64,000 bases of DNA from Thermoproteota archaeon. GTDB lineage: Archaea; Korarchaeota; Korarchaeia; Korarchaeales; Korarchaeaceae. A program made the position numbers and the translations under genes. Location of the stretch: positions 1-64,000 of the forward strand of contig JAOZGC010000002.1 of the NCBI GenBank assembly GCA_027491915.1, in the 5' to 3' direction. Shown in pieces: positions 1 to 10,248 of this stretch; position 1 is the stretch's first letter; every line of letters begins with the position of its first letter. The notes under the pieces were generated by a model that had not been told where the DNA came from, did no database searches, and was given only the letters and a program-made list of their open reading frames with translations.

Positions 1-240
1 CATCTCCGACACCGGGACCTCCCTCGTGTCGACCCCGTCCACCTCCACCCTGCCCTCCATCTCTCCCGGGTAGAAGTGGGGTATCAGACCGTTTAGGGTC
101 CTCAGGAGGGTTGACTTCCCGGCGCCGCTGCGTCCCACCAGGAGGACGACCTCCCCCCTCCTCACGTTGGTCGTTATACCCCTGAGAGCCCACTCTCCCG
201 ACCCGGCGTACCTGAACCCCACGCCCTCGAGGGAGATCAA
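1..240 (-). CDS. ECF/ABC transporter ATP-binding protein (N-terminal part, runs off the window)
   Basis: Manual translation of the minus strand: LISLEGVGFRY...GRSGAGKSTLLRTLNGLIPHFYPG (Walker A; CbiO/EcfA-like). Confidence 0.85.
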   Translation of the reverse strand, partial: MISLEGVGFRYAGSGEWALRGITTNVRRGEVVLLVGRSGAGKSTLLRTLNGLIPHFYPGEMEGRVEVDGVDTREVPVSEM

Positions 241-318
241 AGGCGGACCCCGACTTCAGCCGACCTGCCTCAAAAGAATTTAAGAGCCCCCAGCCGCGCC
301 CGGCGTCGGTGCATCCGC

Positions 319-972
319 TTGCCTAGAGGGAGAGGCAGGAGGGGGAGGAAGAAGGTATCCAAGACCTGGTACAGGGTTTACGCCGCCGACGTGTTCCCCG
401 GGGAGTTCATAGGAGAGACCCCGGCGGCGGATCCGTCCAAGCTGTACGGAAGGAGGGTCGAGGTGACCCTCAGGGACCTGACCGGCGACTTCATGCACGA
501 GAAGTACAAGCTCTGGTTCAGGATATACAGGGTGGAGGGATCCAACGCGTACGCCAGGTTCGACTTGGAGATGCTCAACAGGGACTACCTTAGATCCATA
601 GTCCAGAGGAGGGTCAGCAGGATCGACGTTCAGGTGGAGGGGACCACCTCCGACGGCCACGACGTTAGGTACTTCGCCCTGATAATAACCTCCGTCAGGG
701 TGAGGCACAGCCAGGAGCGGGCCATAAGGGCCGCGGCCTCGAAGTACCTCGAATCCCTGATACCGGAGCTGACCCTCGAGGATCTGGTCAGGGCCGCCGT
801 GCTCGGCGATAAGGTGAACATAGGCGACGAGCTGACCAGGCTGTCCACCAAGATAGCTCCCATAAAGAATGTCGAGCCGAGGAAGATACAGGTCCTCAGG
901 TTCGGAGCCGGCGAACCGGAGATCGTGGAGGTGGCCGCCCCGGTTGATAGCGGTGGTGCTGGCGGCGGGTGA
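319..972 (+). CDS. rps3ae: 30S ribosomal protein S3Ae (eS1)
   Basis: KTWYRVYA...IGETPAADPSKLYGRRVEVTLRDLTGDF signature. Confidence 0.95.
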   Translation: MPRGRGRRGRKKVSKTWYRVYAADVFPGEFIGETPAADPSKLYGRRVEVTLRDLTGDFMHEKYKLWFRIYRVEGSNAYARFDLEMLNRDYLRSIVQRRVSRIDVQVEGTTSDGHDVRYFALIITSVRVRHSQERAIRAAASKYLESLIPELTLEDLVRAAVLGDKVNIGDELTRLSTKIAPIKNVEPRKIQVLRFGAGEPEIVEVAAPVDSGGAGGG

Positions 973-1981
973 GGGGCGGCGGCTGAGGCCCGTGACGCTG
1001 GCCACCCCAAAATCCCTCCTCCCGACCCCGGGTTTCTCTATGATAGAGCGGATCATGGAGATCCTCTCCGCCCTCGGGATCTCAGACGTGCGCCTGGTCG
1101 TCTCTCACCTGTCTTGGAGATTGAGAAGACTGCTGGGCCGCGGGGAGAGGTGGGGCGTCTCCATATCCTACGTCGAGCAGGGTCAGAGGCTGGGGACGGG
1201 ACACGCCTTCCTCAGGGGGGTTGAAGGGACCCGCGGCGAGGACTTTCTCCTCCTGTACTCTGACGTGGTGTTTCCCTGGCAGAAGGTCAGGGATCTGATT
1301 GACGCGCCCGCCCCGGCCGCGGCGGTGGCGGAGGTGAATGAGCCCTGGAGGTACGGCGTGGTGAGACTCTCTGGGGGAGTCGTGGTCGACCTCGTCGAGA
1401 AACCCCCGAGGGGGAGGGAACCCAGCCGCTTGGTTCTGGCGGGCGCCTACCACCTGGACCCCGATTTCGTCGACTCCGTCAGGAGGGTCGGGTTCTCCCC
1501 CAGGGGGGAGATAGAGATAACCGGGGCCCTGAGGGCCGCGGCACGAGACGGGGGAATAAGGCCCATAATCCTGGGGAGGAGTTGGATAGACGCGGGCGTG
1601 CCGCCCGACCTGCTGAGGGCGTCGGAGTTCATGCTGAGCGAGGGGCTGTTGAGGGCTGATCCCTGTCCCCTCTCCCCTCCGGGCCGGACCCACTGCGGGA
1701 GGGTGCTCCTCGGCTCGGGCGCCAGCGTGGGGGACGTGTCGGTAGTGGGTCCCGGAGTCAGGTTGGGTCCCGGGTCTCGGGTCGATAGGTCCATAATACT
1801 CCCTGGGGCGTGGATCGGACCAAGATCTCTGATTAGGTGGGCGATAATATCAGAGTGGGCTAGAATCCCGGAGGGGACCGAGATATTGGGCTCTCCAGAA
1901 TCCCCGGCCGTGGTCGGCCCCTGGGCGAGGCCCCCCCCGAAGATGGGTCCCGGGCAGGTGTGGCCCGCTACCTCCTCCTGA
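944..1981 (+). CDS. Sugar-phosphate nucleotidyltransferase (GlmU/RmlA-like, C-terminal beta-helix)
   Basis: AVVLAAGEGRRLRP..TPK, LGTGHA, VEKP, SPRGEIEIT; start moved to TTG 944. Confidence 0.88.
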   Translation: MIAVVLAAGEGRRLRPVTLATPKSLLPTPGFSMIERIMEILSALGISDVRLVVSHLSWRLRRLLGRGERWGVSISYVEQGQRLGTGHAFLRGVEGTRGEDFLLLYSDVVFPWQKVRDLIDAPAPAAAVAEVNEPWRYGVVRLSGGVVVDLVEKPPRGREPSRLVLAGAYHLDPDFVDSVRRVGFSPRGEIEITGALRAAARDGGIRPIILGRSWIDAGVPPDLLRASEFMLSEGLLRADPCPLSPPGRTHCGRVLLGSGASVGDVSVVGPGVRLGPGSRVDRSIILPGAWIGPRSLIRWAIISEWARIPEGTEILGSPESPAVVGPWARPPPKMGPGQVWPATSS

Positions 1982-3167
1982 CGACCACCTTGACGATATC
2001 TCTGTGATTCAGAGGCCTGTCGAGCGATATCCTGATCTTCTTACGGACGTCCACTCCCCCTATAGCTCTGTCGGCCAGCTCGGTGTGCACGGCGGCGGCC
2101 AGATCAAGAACGGTAGACCCCCGGGGGAGTAGAAGGACGTCCGGCAGGATCCTCCCATCCTTGTCCGAGAGCCGGTTCTCATCTTCAACCGGAAAGACCG
2201 CCAGGAACCCCCCCACCTCGAAGACCGCCTTTTCCAAGGCTTCCTGGACACCCGTACTGCCGAACCTCTTGAGCACCCTCTCCCTAACGAGCTCTAGAGC
2301 CCTAATCTGATCTCTGCTCATCCCATCTTCGTTCAATATTTCAAAGTCGCCGTCCCCAGGCTCGTATCTGATGTAACCCTTCTCGGCCGCCTTCCTCAAT
2401 ATGTACTCCGACTCCGCTGACGCTGGCACGACCGGCTCCTCCTCGACCTCCCTCATCCTGGCGACGTTTTCCTCCGCCTCCGGAACGTCCACCTTGTTGG
2501 CCACTATCACGAACGGCTTCGCCAATCTCCTGAGGCTGGACGAGAAGGAGAGCAGTTCCCTGTCCCCCCAGGATCCCAAGTTCTCCAGCTTCACCCCGGA
2601 CCCCGAGGCCGCGGCCTCGACCTCCTGCCTCTCGACGGCCAGCCCGGAGAGGACCTCCGCCAAGACCTCCGAGGCCTTACGACCAGATTGAATTCTCCTG
2701 AGGACCTTATTCATATTTCTTTTCAAAATTTCGGCGATCCAATGGGCGAATTCTTCCTTCACCAGATCCACGTCCTCGATCGGATCGTGGCTCCCGGGCC
2801 TGACGGGATTCCCATCCGAATCCGTCCCGCCAGACGCGTCCACGACGAGGAGGTTGACGTCGGCCCTCCTGAGGTCGTCTAGGAACTTGTTTCCGAGCCC
2901 CCTACCGGCGTGGGCTCCCCTCACCAACCCGGCTACATCGAGGAGCCTCACCGGGACGTACCTGTTCCTCCCGTTGCACCACCCGCTCTTGGGCTGGCAC
3001 CTGAGGCCGAACTCAGAGCACGCCGACCTGACCCTGACGTATCCTATACCCTCGTTCGGGTTGATGGTCACGAAGGGCCTGTTTCCCCGCTCGGCATCGA
3101 CCAGGGTCGCCGCCGAGAAGAACGTCGTTTTCCCCACGTTGGTCTTTCCAACTATACCGAGCAGCAT
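1968..3167 (-). CDS. ychF: YchF/Ola1 family OBG ATPase with TGS domain
   Basis: [41 protein letters not shown]. Confidence 0.93.
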   Translation of the reverse strand: MLLGIVGKTNVGKTTFFSAATLVDAERGNRPFVTINPNEGIGYVRVRSACSEFGLRCQPKSGWCNGRNRYVPVRLLDVAGLVRGAHAGRGLGNKFLDDLRRADVNLLVVDASGGTDSDGNPVRPGSHDPIEDVDLVKEEFAHWIAEILKRNMNKVLRRIQSGRKASEVLAEVLSGLAVERQEVEAAASGSGVKLENLGSWGDRELLSFSSSLRRLAKPFVIVANKVDVPEAEENVARMREVEEEPVVPASAESEYILRKAAEKGYIRYEPGDGDFEILNEDGMSRDQIRALELVRERVLKRFGSTGVQEALEKAVFEVGGFLAVFPVEDENRLSDKDGRILPDVLLLPRGSTVLDLAAAVHTELADRAIGGVDVRKKIRISLDRPLNHRDIVKVVVRRR

Positions 3168-3242
3168 GCCGGGACCCGATCTCCCTGGCCGACCTCGGAA
3201 CGTTTAAAACCCCCACCGATCTCGCCCGCGGGAGGGTTCGAG

Positions 3243-3833
3243 GTGGCGACCGCCGGACGCTACTACGAGAGATACGCTTGGAGGAGGCGAAAGGAGGACC
3301 CAATGTTGGTGGATCTGTGGCGCGCGAGGCTGGCCGAGTGGAGGACCCAACCATCCGTCCTCAGGATTGAGAGGCCGACCAGGCCGGATCGCGCCAGGGA
3401 GTTGGGATACAAGGCCAAGCAGGGCTTCGTCGTGGTCAGGGTCAGGATAAGGAAGGGTGGGAGGAGGAAACCCAGACCCAGGTCGGGGCGGAAGCCGGCT
3501 GGCATGGGAGTCAAGAAACTTACCCCGGGGAAGAGCCTGAGGTGGATTGCCGAGGAGAGGGCCGCCAGGAGGTATCCCAACCTGGAGGTCTTGAACTCCT
3601 ACTACGTGGCGGAGGACGGGACCCACAAGTGGTTTGAGATCATAATGGTCGATCCGAACCACCCGGCCGTGAGATCCGATCCGGACGTCTCTTGGATCGC
3701 CGGAAAGTGCAACAGGGGCAGGGTATTCAGGGGTCTCACCAGCGCCGGTAAGAAGTCGAGGGGGTTGAGGAGGGTCAGGGGAATACCCAACTGGGTTAGG
3801 AGATTCAAGAAGAAGGGGAGGAAAGGCGCCTAG
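3243..3833 (+). CDS. rpl15e: 50S ribosomal protein L15e
   Basis: [37 protein letters not shown]; start moved to GTG 3243. Confidence 0.97.
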   Translation: MATAGRYYERYAWRRRKEDPMLVDLWRARLAEWRTQPSVLRIERPTRPDRARELGYKAKQGFVVVRVRIRKGGRRKPRPRSGRKPAGMGVKKLTPGKSLRWIAEERAARRYPNLEVLNSYYVAEDGTHKWFEIIMVDPNHPAVRSDPDVSWIAGKCNRGRVFRGLTSAGKKSRGLRRVRGIPNWVRRFKKKGRKGA

Positions 3834-3834
3834 A

Positions 3835-4287
3835 TTGGAGGTCCCCCCGGTCTCCGAGGTCAGGGTTGAGTTCTACGTCTACCCGACCGAGGAGGAGGAG
3901 AGGGTCCTTGAGGGGCTGCGCCGGCTCCTCTCGGGGAACGTCGAGAGGTCTGAAAAGATATTTCGAAGTCACCACGGTTACCCTATCAAATTAATAAAAC
4001 TTAAGGTCTCAGGCGAGAAAGCGGCCGCTTCTTTCCTGAGAATAATTCGGCTTCTCGACGAAAGAGAACTGGATAGGGTGAGGGGCACGCTGGAGTCAAG
4101 AATCGAAGGTAGAGAACTGTACATGAGGTTAGACAAGCAGGGACTGGTGGAGGGGAGACTGGACGTGAACCCCGATCCGGTCGGGGGGCAGGTGCGGGTC
4201 GTGGTCAGGTTTCGTAGGAGGGTGAGACCCGGTCCGTTGGGTGAGTGGCTTGCCCAAGTTCATCGATCTCAAGCTGGGCCGGTTTGA
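3835..4287 (+). CDS. DUF54 family RNA-binding protein (exosome operon)
   Basis: YPTEEEERV, HHGYPI, LYMRLDKQ; conserved operon position. Confidence 0.8.
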   Translation: MEVPPVSEVRVEFYVYPTEEEERVLEGLRRLLSGNVERSEKIFRSHHGYPIKLIKLKVSGEKAAASFLRIIRLLDERELDRVRGTLESRIEGRELYMRLDKQGLVEGRLDVNPDPVGGQVRVVVRFRRRVRPGPLGEWLAQVHRSQAGPV

Positions 4288-4927
4288 CTCGGAAGCTTCC
4301 CTCCGGGGTGTTCTGAGGGACGCCCTCCGAGGGGGGTACGTGGAGGTGGGCGTCGTGGTCTCCCCGTCCATCGACCTCAACTCCTACGGTCCGCCAACCT
4401 ACCCACGCGTTCACCGCGTCGCCGAGCTAAGCACCAGGGATCCGGCCTGGACTTCCAAGCTCAGGCCTGATCGCCCCTACAGGTCTGTCCTACCCCACAC
4501 CGTGGAGGCCTGCAGGAGGGCCGCAGGCTTGAGGATGGTGGACGGCATAGTGCTCCCGCCCTCTCCCAGGAGGATGATATTCGACGAGGTCTGCGCCAGA
4601 AGGCTGGCCCGCTCGGGCGGCGTCGTCGAGGTGGGGTTGGCTCCCCTGCTGGGGCTCCGGGGATGGGAGCTGTCGGCCACCCTGAGGGTGATCAGGAGGG
4701 AGCTCAGGATCGCCTCCATCAGGAGGGTGCCCGTACTGCTGACGACGATGGGGGGGGCTGGACCCGGCGTCCCCGATGCCAGGTCGGCCGTCCTGCTGGC
4801 GGAGTCGCTCTTGGGCATATCCAGAGACCAGGCTATGGCCGGGTTGACGGACGTTCCCGCCGAAATTTTATCGGGGATGCTCTCACTCCGAAAGAGGGGG
4901 TTCACCGTTGCGCGCGAAGATGCCTAA
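4241..4927 (+). CDS. rnp3: RNase P subunit Rpp30 (divergent)
   Basis: PHP-like features (FDEVCARR, VEVGLAPLL, LTDVP) and position upstream of pop5-psmA. Confidence 0.7.
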   Translation: MSGLPKFIDLKLGRFDSEASLRGVLRDALRGGYVEVGVVVSPSIDLNSYGPPTYPRVHRVAELSTRDPAWTSKLRPDRPYRSVLPHTVEACRRAAGLRMVDGIVLPPSPRRMIFDEVCARRLARSGGVVEVGLAPLLGLRGWELSATLRVIRRELRIASIRRVPVLLTTMGGAGPGVPDARSAVLLAESLLGISRDQAMAGLTDVPAEILSGMLSLRKRGFTVAREDA

Positions 4928-5288
4928 ATCTGCCAGGAACAGGAGGAGATACCTGCTGTACGAGACTGCTGGAGGACCCCTTCGAGAGGAGGAACTATCA
5001 GCCAACCTCAAGAGGGCAGCCTTGGCCCTGTACGGGGCGGTCGGCGCGTCCGAGCTAGAACTGACGGTGATCGTGAGGAAGGCCCGCCCGACCACCTTCC
5101 TGCTGGGGGTCGACTCCGTCCACGTTCCGGAGGCCGCCGCCGCGGTCGCATACTCATTCGCCCTGAAGGGCGAAGAACTTCCGATCCTGTTGGCGATCTC
5201 CGGAACCATCAGATCCGCCGTCGAGCGGTCGCTCCGGGAGGCCGATGCCAAAAATTCTAAATCCCCCTCCCATCCAGTTGGCCGATAG
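4920..5288 (+). CDS. rnp2: RNase P subunit Pop5/Rpp14
   Basis: RRRYLL, LYG, ISGTIRS motifs. Confidence 0.85.
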   Translation: MPKSARNRRRYLLYETAGGPLREEELSANLKRAALALYGAVGASELELTVIVRKARPTTFLLGVDSVHVPEAAAAVAYSFALKGEELPILLAISGTIRSAVERSLREADAKNSKSPSHPVGR

Positions 5289-5310
5289 TTCTGAGGGTGG
5301 TGTTTTTCGG

Positions 5311-6036
5311 ATGTACCCGCAACTGGCTAGCGCCTATGACAGGGCCATTACGGTTTTCAGTCCCGATGGTAGGCTCCTCCAGGTTGAGTACGCCCTCGTC
5401 GCCACTAAGAGAACTCCCCTCGCGGTTGGAATGAGGTGCGGAGACGGGGTGATCTTGGCCACCGTCAGAAAACACGTCTCTCCCCTAGCCTCGCTGCCCA
5501 GGAAGATATACCAGATAGACGAGCACATAGGGGCGATAGCGGCGGGCCTGGTGGGAGATGGGTTGGTGCTCATAGACAGAAGCAGGATAGAGGCGCAGTA
5601 CCACAGGCTCATATACGGGGAGCCCATAACCGTGGAGACCTTGGCCAAGAGGATGGCCCTCTTCAAGCAGCAGTACACTCAGTACGCCGGGCTCCGCCCC
5701 TTCGGGGTCATAATGATATTCGGCGGGGTGGACAGATCCCCTGGCCTCTACGTGACCCACCCCGGCGGGGCCTACTACGCCTACTCGGCCTTCGCCGTTG
5801 GGAAAAACTCGGAGAAGATCAACGAGATCTTCAAGGAGAAATATAAGGAGTCCCTCACAATGGCCGAGGGACTCAAGATGATCGTGGACGCGGTCAAGAC
5901 GGCAGCGGCGGAGGGGAAGGAGGTCGAGAAGGAGGGGGCCCCGCTGACGGGAGACCTGGAGGTCGCCATCGTGTCGGCCAAGGACAAGAAGTTCAGGGTC
6001 CTGTCCAGGGAAGAGATAGAAAAACTCATAGCTTGA
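5311..6036 (+). CDS. psmA: Proteasome alpha subunit
   Basis: YDRAITVFSPDGRLLQVEYA, RPFGV. Confidence 0.97.
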   Translation: MYPQLASAYDRAITVFSPDGRLLQVEYALVATKRTPLAVGMRCGDGVILATVRKHVSPLASLPRKIYQIDEHIGAIAAGLVGDGLVLIDRSRIEAQYHRLIYGEPITVETLAKRMALFKQQYTQYAGLRPFGVIMIFGGVDRSPGLYVTHPGGAYYAYSAFAVGKNSEKINEIFKEKYKESLTMAEGLKMIVDAVKTAAAEGKEVEKEGAPLTGDLEVAIVSAKDKKFRVLSREEIEKLIA

Positions 6037-6092
6037 TTTCTCTCCCCAATTTTATATGAATGGGATCGGACTTGCCTTGAGGGGGGAAGAAC

Positions 6093-6779
6093 TTGCAGAC
6101 CGTGATCGCGAGGCTGGAGAGAGGGGGAAAAAAATTTGAAATATATGTGTACTCCGAGCGGGCCTACTCCTACAGGGAGGGAAAGAAGGTGGACATATCT
6201 TCCATCCTGGCAGTCGATCAAATATTTACAGATGCCCGGAGGGGTATAAAGGCTTCCTCCCAAGATCTGAGGAAGGTCTTTGGAACGGACGACGTCCTCC
6301 GGGTCGCCGAGGTTATATTGAGAGACGGGGAGGTCCAGCTCACGGCGGAGTACCGGAAGAGGCTTCAGGAGGAGCGGCTTAACTGGATCGTCTCCTTCAT
6401 ACACAAGAACTTCGTCGATCCGCGGACCGGGCTCCCCCACCCCGAGTCCCGGATCAGGGCGGCGCTGAAGGAGGCCAAGGTGAAGATAGATCCCCTAAGA
6501 GAACCTGAGACTCAGGTGAATAGGGTTTTGGAGAAGGTGAGGAGGGTCCTCCCGCTCAAGACCGGGACCGTCACCATGAGGGTCAGGATAGGTCCCAGCG
6601 GATACGGGAGGTTGAGATCCTTCTTGGCCTCTCAAGGGAAGATCCTGACCGAGAAGTGGGCTTCCGATGGATCCGAGGCCGTGATAGTCGTCGAGATTCC
6701 CGTGGGATCCCGCCTCCTCGTCTTGGAGAGGATAGGCGAGGCTGGCGGGACCGCGGAGGTGGTTGAGGAGGGTGATTGA
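6093..6779 (+). CDS. Ribosome maturation factor SBDS/Sdo1
   Basis: GKKFEI, IFTDARRG, DPRTGLPHP. Confidence 0.95.
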   Translation: MQTVIARLERGGKKFEIYVYSERAYSYREGKKVDISSILAVDQIFTDARRGIKASSQDLRKVFGTDDVLRVAEVILRDGEVQLTAEYRKRLQEERLNWIVSFIHKNFVDPRTGLPHPESRIRAALKEAKVKIDPLREPETQVNRVLEKVRRVLPLKTGTVTMRVRIGPSGYGRLRSFLASQGKILTEKWASDGSEAVIVVEIPVGSRLLVLERIGEAGGTAEVVEEGD

Positions 6780-7490
6780 TTGAGCCTCTTGGTGAAGAAC
6801 AGGGAGATAGTCCTCCCCGGCCAGCTCTTGGCCAAGGGAAACCTCAAACCGGGAGAAAACGTATACGTCGACGGGAGGGGGTTCCTGAGGTCCAGCAAGG
6901 TCGGGCTAGTTGACCTGAGCCGGGGAGAGGTCAGGGTGATCCCCCTCAGGGGGGTTTACATGCCGAAGGTGGAGGACATCGTGGTCGGCGTGGTATCCAG
7001 GGTGGCCGGAAACACCGTCCTGCTGGACATAAACTCCCCCTACACCGGGGTTCTCCTCCTCCCCCGCTCCAGGGAGGGGAGGAGGTCTGGCAGGCGGAGA
7101 ACCTTCTCCGTGGGAGACGTCGTCCTGGCCAAGGTGAGGGCGTTCGACGGCGCGTCCAACCCTCTCCTCACGGTCGAGGGAGAGGGTCTGGGAAAGCTCT
7201 CAGGAGGGACCATAATAAAGGTGAATCCGGCCAAGGTTCCCAGGATCATAGGGAAGAGGAGATCAATGATAAACCTTTTGAGAGATAAAATAGGTAGGGA
7301 TATCGTGGTTGGCCGAAACGGATTTGTGTGGGTAAAGGTGAGGGATCTTCAGAGCTCCCTGCTGCTGGAGAGGGCCCTCCGGCTTATAGAGAGGGAGTCC
7401 CACGTTCCCGGGTTGAGCGACCGGGTGACCGATCTCCTGGAGGGAGGGATCGCGGCGGAGCTTCCCAATTCGGACTACCGGGAGGTTTGA
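6780..7490 (+). CDS. rrp4: Exosome RNA-binding protein Rrp4
   Basis: S1+KH domains: YMPKVEDIVVG, PAKVPRIIGK, VGRNGFVW. Confidence 0.95.
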   Translation: MSLLVKNREIVLPGQLLAKGNLKPGENVYVDGRGFLRSSKVGLVDLSRGEVRVIPLRGVYMPKVEDIVVGVVSRVAGNTVLLDINSPYTGVLLLPRSREGRRSGRRRTFSVGDVVLAKVRAFDGASNPLLTVEGEGLGKLSGGTIIKVNPAKVPRIIGKRRSMINLLRDKIGRDIVVGRNGFVWVKVRDLQSSLLLERALRLIERESHVPGLSDRVTDLLEGGIAAELPNSDYREV

Positions 7491-8255
7491 TTGAAGATGC
7501 CGATATACCTGCAGGAACCCCCGGAGATCTTGATAACCCCTGAGGGAGTGAGGACGGACGGCAGGGGGCCCCACGACCTGCGTCCCATCAAGATGACTGT
7601 CGGGGTGCTCAATCGGGCCGATGGATCTGCCTACGTAGAGTGGGGCGGCAATCGGATCCTGGCCGCCGTTTACGGCCCCAGAGAGGTTCATCCTAAACAC
7701 CTCACCCTGCCAGACAGGGCTCTCGTTAGGTGCAGATACAACATGGCCCCCTTCTCGACGGAGGAGAGGAAGCGGCCCGGCCCGGACAGGAGGAGCATAG
7801 AGCTGTCCAAGGTTATAAGGGAGGCCCTGCTGCCGGCGATCTTCGTCGACAAGTATCCGGGAACCGTGATAGACATATTCGTGGAGATAATCCGTTCCGA
7901 CGCGGGCACAAGGTGCGCCGGCACCACCGCGGCCTCCCTCGCCCTGGCGGATGCGGGAATCGCGATGAGGGGTCTCGTGACGGCGCTGGCGGTTGGCAGG
8001 GTGGGCGACTGGATAGTTATGGACCCAAACCACGACGAGGACATGTACGGCGACGTTGACGTTCCCGTGGCCTTCCTGATGGAGGACAAGGAGATAACCC
8101 TGCTTCAGCTGGACGGCCCCCTGACTGAGGATGAGTTCAACGAGGCCCTGGACCTGGCCATGAAGGGGGCCGATCTAGTGTACGAGATGCAGAAGGAGGC
8201 CCTCCGCCGGCCTTATCTGGTGGTGGAGAGGAGCGTCGCCGGGAGGGAATCCTAA
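7491..8255 (+). CDS. rrp41: Exosome exonuclease Rrp41
   Basis: RTDGR, DGSAYVEWG, YNMAPFST, DAGTRCA. Confidence 0.97.
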   Translation: MKMPIYLQEPPEILITPEGVRTDGRGPHDLRPIKMTVGVLNRADGSAYVEWGGNRILAAVYGPREVHPKHLTLPDRALVRCRYNMAPFSTEERKRPGPDRRSIELSKVIREALLPAIFVDKYPGTVIDIFVEIIRSDAGTRCAGTTAASLALADAGIAMRGLVTALAVGRVGDWIVMDPNHDEDMYGDVDVPVAFLMEDKEITLLQLDGPLTEDEFNEALDLAMKGADLVYEMQKEALRRPYLVVERSVAGRES

Positions 8256-9067
8256 TGGGATCTCAGGAGGAGGTTTCGGCCGCGAGCCTGCTCAGGGAGT
8301 ACCTGAGGGACCTCGCCTCCCGGGGGGAGAGGAAGGACGGGCGCGCGATGGACGAGATGAGGCCCATAGAGATAAGATCCGGTCTGTTCACCAAGGGAGA
8401 GGGAGAAGCCTGGCTGTCCCTCGGCGACACCCAGGTCCTGGTGGGGGTGAAGGTGGACGTCGGGACGCCCTTTCCGGACACGCCGAACAAGGGGGTCCTG
8501 ATGACCAACACCGAGCTCCTGCCTATAGCCTCCCCGACGTTCGAGCCGGGCCCCCCAAATGAGGATGCCGTGGAGATGGCCAGACTGGTCGACAGGGCAT
8601 TCAGGGGGTCAAACGCAATAGACTTCGAGGAACTGGTCATTAAGGAGGGTCAACTCGTATACCTGGTCATGGTCGACATGTACGCCCTCGACCACGACGG
8701 GAACCTGGTGGACGCCCTGGAACTCGCCTCCCTCTTGGCGCTCAAGAGGACCAACGTCCCTAAGGTGGTGGTCAGAGAGGACGGGGGGGTGACGCCGTCG
8801 GGCGACTTCTTCCCCCTCCCCGTCAGAGAGACGCCTATTAGCTTCAGCTTCGCCAAGATAGCTGGGAGATTGATGCTCGATCCCTCCTTGGAGGAGGAGG
8901 TCGCCGCCGACGCGCTCATGACGATGGTCGTGGATAGTCAGGGAAGGGTCTGCTCGTTCCAGAAGAGGACTGGGGCCTTCGCCCCCGAAGAGATTAAGAG
9001 GGCCCTCTCCATCGCGAGGGAGAAGTGGCCCCAGGTGGCTGAGCGGCTGGGGCTGCTTGAGGGGTGA
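8255..9067 (+). CDS. rrp42: Exosome protein Rrp42
   Basis: RKDGR, PFPDTPNKG, FEPGPP, DHDGNLVDA. Confidence 0.97.
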   Translation: MGSQEEVSAASLLREYLRDLASRGERKDGRAMDEMRPIEIRSGLFTKGEGEAWLSLGDTQVLVGVKVDVGTPFPDTPNKGVLMTNTELLPIASPTFEPGPPNEDAVEMARLVDRAFRGSNAIDFEELVIKEGQLVYLVMVDMYALDHDGNLVDALELASLLALKRTNVPKVVVREDGGVTPSGDFFPLPVRETPISFSFAKIAGRLMLDPSLEEEVAADALMTMVVDSQGRVCSFQKRTGAFAPEEIKRALSIAREKWPQVAERLGLLEG

Positions 9068-9070
9068 GCG

Positions 9071-9334
9071 GTGGTGGGCAGATCCAGGGGCGGATTCCTC
9101 AAAACTCCGAGATATGGCCTCAAGATAAGGAGGAGATACGACTACGTCATGTCCAGGGCCAAGTCAACGTACAGATGTCCAAGATGCGGGAGCGAGGGGG
9201 TCAGGAGAGTCATGCTCGGCGTGTGGCGGTGTCGGAAGTGCGGGTTCGAGTTCGCCGGCGGCGCTTGGGATCCAAAGACCAGCGTGGCGTCCTCGGCCGA
9301 GTCTTCTCTGAGGAGGGTGACCGAACAGGCCTGA
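9071..9334 (+). CDS. rpl37ae: 50S ribosomal protein L37Ae
   Basis: RYG, CPRC..GVWRCRKC..AGGAW. Confidence 0.95.
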   Translation: MVGRSRGGFLKTPRYGLKIRRRYDYVMSRAKSTYRCPRCGSEGVRRVMLGVWRCRKCGFEFAGGAWDPKTSVASSAESSLRRVTEQA

Positions 9335-9350
9335 TCGGTGAGGGGCGCAG

Positions 9351-9929
9351 TTGATACTGATAACCTCCTCAAGGAAACCATCTCGCAGGACCAGATCCCT
9401 AATGAGGGATCTGTCCCACGTGATACCGCGGGCCCTGAGGATCAACAGGGGTAAGAGCAGCCTGTGGGACCTGGCCCAGACGGCGATCTCCAGGGGTATG
9501 GGGAGGATCTTGGTAGTCTGGGAGCGCAAGGGGAATCCGAGATCATTCGTCTTCTACAGGGCATCCCTCGCCGGTGTGATACCGGTTAGACGCGCCATCT
9601 ACTTCAATTCTGTCAGGCTCAGGAGGGAGATCCCGGGTGGGAGGCCGCGCAGGGTCGAGGCGGACACGATCCGCCTAGCCAGGATGGGGGGTCCCATCGA
9701 CCGGGTGACCGCCGTCCTGGCAGAGGGATTCGGCCTCTCTCCCGTGGAGATAGGGGGGCCATCTGAGATAAGAGAGTTGGACTGCGACGTCGTCCTGCTC
9801 GATAGGAACGTCGGTGAAGAGCGAGAGCTGACCTTCTTCACCGCCGACGGAGTTGAGGTTGGGCCCACAATGAGGGTGGGGGGCGTGTTCGAGTTTGGAG
9901 GTGAGGGGAAGCTTCTCCCTAAGGATTAG
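9351..9929 (+). CDS. Brix/Imp4 domain ribosome biogenesis protein
   Basis: ITSSRKPSRRTRS, INRGK, KGNP, VGP. Confidence 0.88.
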   Translation: MILITSSRKPSRRTRSLMRDLSHVIPRALRINRGKSSLWDLAQTAISRGMGRILVVWERKGNPRSFVFYRASLAGVIPVRRAIYFNSVRLRREIPGGRPRRVEADTIRLARMGGPIDRVTAVLAEGFGLSPVEIGGPSEIRELDCDVVLLDRNVGEERELTFFTADGVEVGPTMRVGGVFEFGGEGKLLPKD

Positions 9930-10146
9930 CGGCGGAGGATCCGAGATCGCGGCCCTGGCCGCGGCCCTGGAACCAGAGCTGGGAGATTTGGGATTAAATC
10001 TTAAGAAAGAGGGGGAAAATCTCATAATTACATCGGTAGAATTTCCCCAAGGAAGATTAAAAGCATCCATAAACTCCCTCTTAAGATTGATAGACCTGTT
10101 CAGGGCTTTGTGGGAGCTCGCCGAGTCTGGGATCAGGGAAACTTAA
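9895..10146 (+). CDS. pcc1: KEOPS complex subunit Pcc1
   Basis: ALEPE...RLKASINSLLRLI; conserved operon position. Confidence 0.75.
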   Translation: MEVRGSFSLRISGGGSEIAALAAALEPELGDLGLNLKKEGENLIITSVEFPQGRLKASINSLLRLIDLFRALWELAESGIRET

Positions 10147-10172
10147 ATTGACGTTCCCGCCGCCGCAGCAGC

Positions 10173-10248
10173 GGGCCGGTGGTCTAGCGGCCATGACGCC
10201 GCCTTGACGAGGCGGAGGTCGGGGGTTCGAGTCCCCCCCGGCCCACCA
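10173..10248 (+). tRNA. tRNA-Val(GAC)
   Basis: Cloverleaf: GGGCCGG acceptor, CCGCC-TTGACGA-GGCGG anticodon arm, GTTCGAGTC, encoded ACCA. Confidence 0.97.
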